Of a stretch of DNA of 32,000 nucleotides, positions 16,637 to 22,409 are shown piece after piece (position 1 is the first letter of the stretch; every line of letters starts with the position of its first letter). The stretch spans positions 9,666-41,665 of IMG/VR virus record IMGVR_UViG_3300045988_160163; one strand, 5' to 3'. The notes under the pieces are model-generated. The model searched no databases. It worked only from the letters and a program-made list of their open reading frames with translations, and had not been told where the DNA came from. The stretch is from a virus. The translations under genes were made by a program, and so were the position numbers.

Positions 16637-16667
16637 TGTATGCTGCTCAACACCACTATCTGTTTTT
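16629..16667 (+). terminator. Intrinsic terminator
   Basis: ACAGATAGTG (16629-16638) pairs with CACTATCTGT (16654-16663), followed by TTTT. Confidence 0.55.
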
Positions 16668-16841
16668 CATTCTCTGCTAATCTTTTCTTGAGGAAATAGA
16701 AAAAAGCCTAAAATATTTATCATGTACACATGAATAATAACATCACATTTTAAAAAGAGTAATGAAAAATGCAAAATATTAATAAATATTTACAAAACAA
16801 AATTAGTTAATAATATAACCAAAAGTTCATTAAAAATTCTA

Positions 16842-16851
16842 CCCCCCCCCC
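16842..16851. repeat. C10 homopolymer tract (followed by G then A7)
   Basis: Ten consecutive C in a non-coding stretch that is otherwise about 20% G+C, flanked by AAAAATTC on both sides. Confidence 0.9.
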
Positions 16852-17010
16852 GAAAAAAATTCAATACTGGCAATGTGATATATAACCATTTGCACTTTTT
16901 AGTATTATATTTGCACAATTTAATACAAAACAGGCATTGACATATAAAATTTAAGACTTATTATATATTATAATAAGGAAAACGTTTTTCTTTTTATTCA
17001 TAGAAAATGA

Positions 17011-17148
17011 ATGGAAAGGGATGATCTTATGGAAAGGGATTTATGGATAAAAAAATTAATTATCCTGGCAGAAAAGCTTAACGTGGATGATCTGCAAATT
17101 CTGTATAATCATGCACAAAGACTTCTGTTATCATCTAAAAATGAATAA
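17011..17148 (+). CDS. Possible 45-aa helical peptide with duplicated start (MERDDL-MERDLW)
   Basis: In-frame ATGs at 17011 and 17029 sit inside a 12-nt direct repeat, ATGGAAAGGGAT. TTGACA lies at 16937-16942 upstream. No family recognised. Confidence 0.25.
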   Translation: MERDDLMERDLWIKKLIILAEKLNVDDLQILYNHAQRLLLSSKNE

Positions 17149-17152
17149 CACT

Positions 17153-17168
17153 AATACCTATAGGTATT
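17153..17168. promoter_or_regulatory. Perfect 16-bp palindrome AATACCTATAGGTATT
   Basis: Self-complementary. Lies 30 nt upstream of the antitoxin-remnant ORF, so it is operator-like. Confidence 0.35.
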
Positions 17169-17197
17169 TACGCGCAAATTTAAAAGAAGGATACTAA

Positions 17198-17308
17198 ATG
17201 GAAGAAAAAAAGAGAATCTCAATTGCAGAACGATTTGAAGGCTATGAAGGCGAAACCAAGCAAGAAGAAATATGGTCTGATGAAGTAGTTGGCAAAGAAG
17301 AAATATAA
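17198..17308 (+). pseudogene. Remnant of a MazE/AbrB-type antitoxin (C-terminal tail only)
   Basis: 36-aa ORF MEEKKRISIAERFEGYEGETKQEEIWSDEVVGKEEI. The ..F.GY.GE.K.EEI.W...VGKE pattern is the typical C-terminal tail of MazE/PemI-like antitoxins. The SpoVT/AbrB domain is absent and there is no toxin gene downstream. Confidence 0.4.
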
Positions 17309-17338
17309 GCTAGGGAATTTACCCTAGCTTATATTTTT
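17306..17338. terminator. Bidirectional terminator between convergent genes
   Basis: TAAGCTAGGG (17306-17315) pairs with CCCTAGCTTA (17322-17331), followed by TATTTTT. An A/T run on the other side serves the - strand. Confidence 0.6.
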
Positions 17339-18350
17339 AATATCCGTTTTGTGTTACACCATATTCTGCTTGTTCTTGTGTATAACCTTCATAAATCAAT
17401 TGATCTATTAATCCTTGTCGAGAGAAGGACGATATGTCTAAATATTCTTTTGCTGATTTAGCGGCCTGCTCGTTCCAGTTTGCGTTGCAGTTATCAGCTG
17501 CATAAGTGGCTTCCTCTGTTGAGTAACCTTCATATTCTAGTTGATGAATTAATCCTGAATAAGAGAATGCAGAAATATTTAAATATTCTCTTGCAGTTCT
17601 TAGTGCATTTTTTTCTCCTGTTGTTGGAGATGGAGTTGATGCATTTGAATTTGTACTTGGAGTAGTTGTAGTTGGTGAAGAAGATGAATTGTTTGAAGAA
17701 GAATTTGAAGTGGTTGAATTTGTATTGCTTTGTTCTTCTTCCTCTTTTTTATCGTTAACAACTACATTATCAACAATGTTATCAAATTCATTTTCGTAAT
17801 CGTATTTCAATCCTTCGTTAGGCTGAATTAATATCATACTGATAAATGATGTTTTATTGTTATTTGATAAAAGATATATAAAGCATTTTGACGGTGTGCT
17901 TGTATCGTTGTCACTGTCATCATCATTTAACGTCAAATTTCCTGTTGTTTCTGAATAATATACAGTACGACCAGCTCTTTTTAATGTTCTTATTCCATAA
18001 CTTGTATCGGTATCTTCCATGAAATCATCTCTGTCTTTTAAAGCATCCATAAAGGCATCCGCTGCTTCACTATTCAATTCCATATCCATTAAAGTGATGG
18101 TTAAAATAGGATATCCTTCATCCGCCCTGAATGATAGCCCTTCTTTTGTACTTACGACATTTTGAAAATACTCAGGTAAGTATATAGTAAAATCACCAAT
18201 TTCAAAAGAATTTGCTTTTAAATCATCTGATTCTCTGTCAGTTATTTCTTCTGTTTGATTGTTGGCTTTAACTCTTTCTTTGTAGCTTGTACATCCTGTG
18301 CACATGGATAGTGCAAGCGTAGCAATCCCAATAGTTTTGAATAATTTCAT
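17337..18350 (-). CDS. ltp: Ltp-family surface lipoprotein (superinfection-exclusion type) with extra N-terminal domain
   Basis: Signal peptide with Cys (MKLFKTIGIATLALSMCTGC). A ~180-aa domain of unknown family, then an S/T/N/P linker, then two C-terminal repeats: GEKNALRTAREYLNISAFSYSGLIHQLEYEGYSTEEATYAADN and NEQAAKSAKEYLDISSFSRQGLIDQLIYEGYTQEQAEYGV. These are the Ltp (host cell surface-exposed lipoprotein) repeat signature. Confidence 0.8.
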   Translation of the reverse strand: MKLFKTIGIATLALSMCTGCTSYKERVKANNQTEEITDRESDDLKANSFEIGDFTIYLPEYFQNVVSTKEGLSFRADEGYPILTITLMDMELNSEAADAFMDALKDRDDFMEDTDTSYGIRTLKRAGRTVYYSETTGNLTLNDDDSDNDTSTPSKCFIYLLSNNNKTSFISMILIQPNEGLKYDYENEFDNIVDNVVVNDKKEEEEQSNTNSTTSNSSSNNSSSSPTTTTPSTNSNASTPSPTTGEKNALRTAREYLNISAFSYSGLIHQLEYEGYSTEEATYAADNCNANWNEQAAKSAKEYLDISSFSRQGLIDQLIYEGYTQEQAEYGVTQNGY

Positions 18351-18436
18351 TTTTTAACCCTCGTTCGTTTACGCCTAGTAAACGCTTTCTATTTCTTACG
18401 ATAATCATACAATAAATCTAACCAAAAAAGAACAAC

Positions 18437-18838
18437 CTATTTGTTGTTCTTTTCTTTTTCTCTTCTTGCTATTTCTCTTTCAACAATTGAATTTAAATAA
18501 TCGGCAACTTGTTGTCTGACTTCTTCGGGCGCTTCCAAATATCCTCGAACAAGTGGCCGTTCTTTTTCAGTTAAGCCATAATCTTCCATGATTTGATCTA
18601 TCTTTGACTCAGGAATGGAAATAAATTTATTTTCACCAATACCTTCTGTTAACCAAGCATAGTCAATATTATATTCACGACATATGGATCTAATAACGAT
18701 TTCTGATGGATGATGAAGTCCTTTTTCGATGTTATTAATAGAACTTCTTGAAACTCCGATAGGAGCACCAAATTTTTCCATGCTTAAATTCAATTCTTGT
18801 CGAATCTCTTTGACTCTTGAACCGATATTATCATCCAT
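18437..18838 (-). CDS. XRE-family HTH repressor (CI-like)
   Basis: N-terminal IGSRVKEIRQELNLSMEKFGAPIGVSRSSINNIEKG HTH_3 pattern. Divergent from the early operon. A - strand terminator hairpin overlaps its stop (18428-18450). Confidence 0.85.
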   Translation of the reverse strand: MDDNIGSRVKEIRQELNLSMEKFGAPIGVSRSSINNIEKGLHHPSEIVIRSICREYNIDYAWLTEGIGENKFISIPESKIDQIMEDYGLTEKERPLVRGYLEAPEEVRQQVADYLNSIVEREIARREKEKNNK

Positions 18839-18857
18839 TATTACATCACCTCAATCT

Positions 18858-18990
18858 AAATGTATTATAGCGTTTTAGCTTTCAAATGTATATAAATAAT
18901 ACAAAAAAATATTATTTGTCCATTGAAATGTATTATGATAATGCTATAATGTTTACAGATAATACATTTAATACATAAAATGTATTATGA
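18858..18990. promoter_or_regulatory. Genetic-switch region with repeated operator motif AAATGTATTAT
   Basis: AATGTATTAT occurs at 18859-18868, 18927-18936 and 18979-18988. A variant AAATGTATAT lies at 18884-18893. An inverted copy ATAATACATTT at 18959-18969 forms a palindrome with the 18979 copy. The copies overlap both divergent promoters. Confidence 0.6.
18923..18950 (+). promoter_or_regulatory. Early rightward promoter (extended -10)
   Basis: TTGAAA (18923-18928), a 16-nt spacer, then TGcTATAAT (18942-18950). Confidence 0.65.
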
Positions 18991-19003
18991 AAGGAGGGAT
19001 GTG

Positions 19004-19180
19004 ATGTCAGCTGATGAAAATGTCAAAGAAGCCTTGGAGAAGCTTGAGAAGATGGGTTATGACATCGAAGAGTATGACCAAGGATATATCGCGTGTATTT
19101 TGACTCAGAGCAAAAGAAAAGACTCAGAAACGGACTCAGATAAACATCCCGAGTCCGATAGTTCTTTGAAAACTGAATAG
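19004..19180 (+). CDS. Acidic 58-aa early protein, function unknown
   Basis: ATG 19004 follows an AAGGAGGG SD. First gene of the rightward operon. No HTH recognisable. Confidence 0.5.
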   Translation: MSADENVKEALEKLEKMGYDIEEYDQGYIACILTQSKRKDSETDSDKHPESDSSLKTE

Positions 19181-19287
19181 TGGAAATTTTCGCCATAATC
19201 CGTTTGACATAACTACGTACATATGTCATTATATATGTGCGACAAATCAACGTACAAAAGTATGTTGTTCATTGGGAAAGGAGCGGT

Positions 19288-19461
19288 ATGAATGAAGTCG
19301 CAAAGTCTAAGATGGGAAGACCTGTAATAGGAGAACCAAAAAATGTTAGAACAGAGATTCGGTTTGATAAATCAACTTTAAATAAACTTGATGAACTCTG
19401 TAAAAAAGAAAAAATGAGCCGTTCTGAATATGTCAGAATGCTCATTAACAAAGTAAAATAA
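19288..19461 (+). CDS. Ribbon-helix-helix (CopG/MetJ-type) DNA-binding protein
   Basis: ATG 19288 follows AAAGGAG. MGRPVIGEPKNVRTEIRFDKSTLNKLDELCKKEKMSRSEYVRMLI is the classic RHH pattern (GRP..g..k....ir......L......g.srSe.iR..I). Confidence 0.6.
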   Translation: MNEVAKSKMGRPVIGEPKNVRTEIRFDKSTLNKLDELCKKEKMSRSEYVRMLINKVK

Positions 19462-19618
19462 AAATAGGGAACGTGATTTAGTTTGGCGACCGAACACGAA
19501 CCCTAGAAAATCGGATGTTGATGTGTTTCATTGTTTGCGACAAATTCACATCATCATCAAGGCACAAGGCCACTAGTAGTATACCATGTTTTATACGTAC
19601 AAAACAAATGTAAATTTA

Positions 19619-19668
19619 GGCCTTGTGTAAAATTCCACTATTTAGGTTTACACAGGGCTTTTTATATT
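19619..19668 (+). terminator. Intrinsic terminator with competing upstream helix
   Basis: GGCCTTGTGTA (19619-19629) pairs with TACACAGGGCT (19649-19659), followed by TTTTATATTTT. The same 5' strand can instead pair perfectly with CACAAGGCC (19563-19571). Confidence 0.5.
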
Positions 19669-19701
19669 TTATGGAGAATGTTATGGAAAAAGGAAATGTA
19701 A

Positions 19702-20151
19702 TTACCTCCGCTTATTATGCAGATAATAAGATTTACGAGGTAGGAATTGATTTATCACTAACTCCTTACGATTTATTTGAAATTTCAAAGAGAGAAGATT
19801 ATCAATCTCTAAAGACCTTCCTTCATAATTACGGAATATTAAATAAACGTAATTTGACGTCCTTGGATTCATTTGAAAAGGAAGTGCAGGAGAATATTGA
19901 GCTTTACCGCCTTCAACTTTAATGAGGGTCGGTTCTAAGAGAACAGGATATTCTTTATCGTTATCGGCAATGGAAATGTTTCTTATTTCTATATCACAGT
20001 TTGAATCGTTTATAAGGTGAATATAGAGCAAAGTAGTTTTATTTTGTAACTCATAATCAATTACTTTTGAGTTAAAACGTATGATTCTAAAACTAGGAAT
20101 AATTTTATTGACGATATCGAGTAGTGATTTAAAAGTATTTAGTAATTTCAT
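19702..20151 (-). CDS. Counter-oriented hypothetical protein (accessory gene candidate)
   Basis: 149 aa with a GGAGGT SD 8 nt upstream of the ATG on the - strand. Beta-rich, no family recognised. Its 3' 220 nt overlap an open + strand ORF (19683-19922). Confidence 0.5.
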   Translation of the reverse strand: MKLLNTFKSLLDIVNKIIPSFRIIRFNSKVIDYELQNKTTLLYIHLINDSNCDIEIRNISIADNDKEYPVLLEPTLIKVEGGKAQYSPALPFQMNPRTSNYVYLIFRNYEGRSLEIDNLLSLKFQINRKELVINQFLPRKSYYLHNKRR

Positions 20152-20210
20152 GTGTTATACCTCCGTATCAATTATACACATGAACATAACGGAAAGGAGA
20201 GCAAAAAGAA

Positions 20211-20471
20211 ATGAAAGCGTACGTAACTGTGAAGGATGTACTTCTGGTTTTACCTGTAAAGGATACACAAGCCAGGAAGATTTTACATAATCTACGCAGA
20301 CAAAAAGATAAAAAGGGTGAAATATTTGAAGGATCATATCGAGACACTATGCTTGGAAAGACTCTTGCAGTTCCTACTCCGTTGTTTGTTGAATACTTCC
20401 CTGAAACCCGAAGTGCTCTTAATGACATTTGGAAGGAACAAATAAAAAGCACTCTTGGACAAGAGTGCTAG
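20211..20471 (+). CDS. Excisionase/MerR-type HTH DNA-binding protein (Xis-like)
   Basis: AAAGGAG SD. MKAYVTVKDVLLVLPVKDTQARKILHNLRRQKDKKGEIFEG..VPTPLFVEYF resembles the HTH_17/excisionase proteins of Firmicute phages and ICEs. Confidence 0.4.
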   Translation: MKAYVTVKDVLLVLPVKDTQARKILHNLRRQKDKKGEIFEGSYRDTMLGKTLAVPTPLFVEYFPETRSALNDIWKEQIKSTLGQEC

Positions 20472-20538
20472 GGCAGCAGCCCTGTATAAATTAGCCACAT
20501 GTTTATTATATCACAGTTTCTAAAAGGAGAAATAAAAA

Positions 20539-20829
20539 ATGAATATTGTTAAAGCCACTAAGCTGGCAAAGAAAAGAAAAATGGGAATGGTACGTAAGAA
20601 TTCATTCCTCACAACTGTAAATGGCTATTTAGTGCCGTTTGATAATGCTATTTATGGCTATGGCGCTTATATTCCTTTTAAAGGATATATTGTTCGCATG
20701 GCAGGTATTACAACAAAAGATATTTTGGCTAAGGATTGGATTTTGGTGAAAAGAATAGATCATCAAGATAGAGCATATTCGATTCATGAAAGGGTAAGAC
20801 AAAAAGAAAAGCACTCAAAAGAGTGCTAA
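20539..20829 (+). CDS. DUF2829-like protein (family of the anti-Thoeris sponge Tad2)
   Basis: AAGGAG SD. The N-terminal KATKLAKKRKMGMVRKNS and the later TTKDILAKDWILV match the remembered DUF2829 pattern (EA.kAlk.GkkV.Rk.W ... DllAeDWeiv). Confidence 0.4.
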   Translation: MNIVKATKLAKKRKMGMVRKNSFLTTVNGYLVPFDNAIYGYGAYIPFKGYIVRMAGITTKDILAKDWILVKRIDHQDRAYSIHERVRQKEKHSKEC

Positions 20830-20832
20830 TAC

Positions 20833-21048
20833 TTATTCTATCACACTGAATACGTAATAAATGAAGTTGTCAGCGTTCATAAATGAACGGATGTAACCGT
20901 CATCACCTAATTCGTGAAGTGCTTTTTTGACTTGATCTTCAGAATGAGTAGGGAACGCATCGATGACATCTTCTAAACTGCATAGTTTTTCTTCTCCACG
21001 TTTGTTTTCTAGGACAAATTTGTGGATTTGAATTGCTAAATCAGACAT
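20833..21048 (-). CDS. Counter-oriented 71-aa hypothetical protein
   Basis: Strong GGAGGTG SD on the - strand. A - strand terminator (hairpin 20810-20827 plus a U tract) follows its stop. Confidence 0.55.
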   Translation of the reverse strand: MSDLAIQIHKFVLENKRGEEKLCSLEDVIDAFPTHSEDQVKKALHELGDDGYIRSFMNADNFIYYVFSVIE

Positions 21049-21089
21049 TTCTTTTCACCTCCAATCACTATTATATAAGGAGATATAAA

Positions 21090-21308
21090 ATGGCAAAAGA
21101 AAAAGAAAAAGAAACTTGGGAGATTCCAAGTTTCGACAAGTATGAATTCTATAAGTTAGATGACAAGATTGTCATGAATGAAAAACCTAAACCAAAAAAT
21201 TATGTAGTTGCGTGTACATTCATTAATATCGCTTTACTTGCATTGAATGTATGTGTGTTCTTATCTACTAAGATCTTGGTTACAACACTTGTCCAGGTAG
21301 TTAAGTAA
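21090..21308 (+). CDS. Small membrane protein
   Basis: ATG 21090 follows AAGGAG. 72 aa with a C-terminal TM segment (YVVACTFINIALLALNVCVFL). Confidence 0.45.
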   Translation: MAKEKEKETWEIPSFDKYEFYKLDDKIVMNEKPKPKNYVVACTFINIALLALNVCVFLSTKILVTTLVQVVK

Positions 21309-21309
21309 T

Positions 21310-22209
21310 ATGACTAAGGATGAGTTACAAACAAAAATTGACGGGTTTATTGAAGAAGAAACAGCGGATGAGAAAAGTAAGAATACCATTCGTAAATACA
21401 AGTATGTTGCTACTTTGTTTGTTAACTCATTGCCTGATGGTGAAATACAAAAGAGCGATATAGTTGGTGTGAAAGATAAACTGCTGCATGATTATAAAAT
21501 CAGTACAGTAAACAACTATATTGTGATCATAAACAAATTTATTAAATATAGCGAAATCATTGATTCAGATGATGATTTTAATTTTCTTAAGCTAAAGAAA
21601 TATTATTCAAAGAATTTATTGAAGAACGTGAGAGTCCAGAAAGATGATTCTTTGGATGATATTTTAGAGCCTAATGAATTTCAAAGGCTATTGAAAAAAG
21701 CTCGTGAAATCAATCGTATGGACTTATACGAGATTATGAAGGTGTTTGGGTATACGGGCATTCGTTTGAGCGAACTACAGTTCTTTACTGTAGAAGCAGT
21801 AACGGATGACAATGTGTATGTTATGAACAAAGGAAAAGGTCGAGGAATCATTCTACGTTCAGACTTGCGGCGAGAGCTTCTAAAATATTGCAAGGACAAC
21901 AAAATTGAAGAAGGGTGTATATTTACATCTTCTGATAAGAAAAGTCCTGTAAACGCTCGTGTGTTGTCTAGAGACTTAAAGATGGTTGCTGGTAAATGCA
22001 GAGGAATTAAGCTTGGTAAAGTACATCCTCATGCATTCAGACATTTGTTTGCGATTCAGTATTTGATGCAGAATGGTGAAAATGCGATTGCAGAACTAGC
22101 TGACATTTTGGGCCATTCTAGTTTAGAAACTACAAGAATCTATGTTCGCACAACACGGAAAATGAAAAAGCAGAATCTTGAATCATTGAGCTATGCGAAA
22201 AGAAAGTAG
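21310..22209 (+). CDS. Xer-like tyrosine recombinase (second recombinase in the window)
   Basis: 299 aa. SAM-like N-terminal core-binding domain and no arm-binding domain. Motifs GIRLSEL, HPHAFRHLFA and GHSSLETTRIYV (R..H-x-x-R..Y) are present. Confidence 0.85.
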   Translation: MTKDELQTKIDGFIEEETADEKSKNTIRKYKYVATLFVNSLPDGEIQKSDIVGVKDKLLHDYKISTVNNYIVIINKFIKYSEIIDSDDDFNFLKLKKYYSKNLLKNVRVQKDDSLDDILEPNEFQRLLKKAREINRMDLYEIMKVFGYTGIRLSELQFFTVEAVTDDNVYVMNKGKGRGIILRSDLRRELLKYCKDNKIEEGCIFTSSDKKSPVNARVLSRDLKMVAGKCRGIKLGKVHPHAFRHLFAIQYLMQNGENAIAELADILGHSSLETTRIYVRTTRKMKKQNLESLSYAKRK

Positions 22210-22217
22210 GGAATGGA

Positions 22218-22409
22218 ATGGATGTTAAATTTGCAGTGGATGTTGGATGGATGGTAACAATCACGATTGCTTTTATTTTAGAATTTATTGAAACTAAATT
22301 CTATGACTATAAAGACGATATTAAAAGACATGCAATTCAGTATTTTAAATTTTGGTTCTATGGACATGCATGTGCATTTGGACTATGTCATGCGTTTCTT
22401 TCAATTTGA
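22218..22409 (+). CDS. Small membrane protein
   Basis: 63 aa with hydrophobic segments at both ends. Weak SD. Confidence 0.35.
   Translation: MDVKFAVDVGWMVTITIAFILEFIETKFYDYKDDIKRHAIQYFKFWFYGHACAFGLCHAFLSI

Noticed and set aside
20081-20452. ORFs 20081-20290 (+), 20155-20337 (-) and 20168-20452 (-) around the Xis-like gene.
   Set aside because: They overlap the SD-led genes 19702-20151 and 20211-20471, have no SD of their own, and have odd composition.
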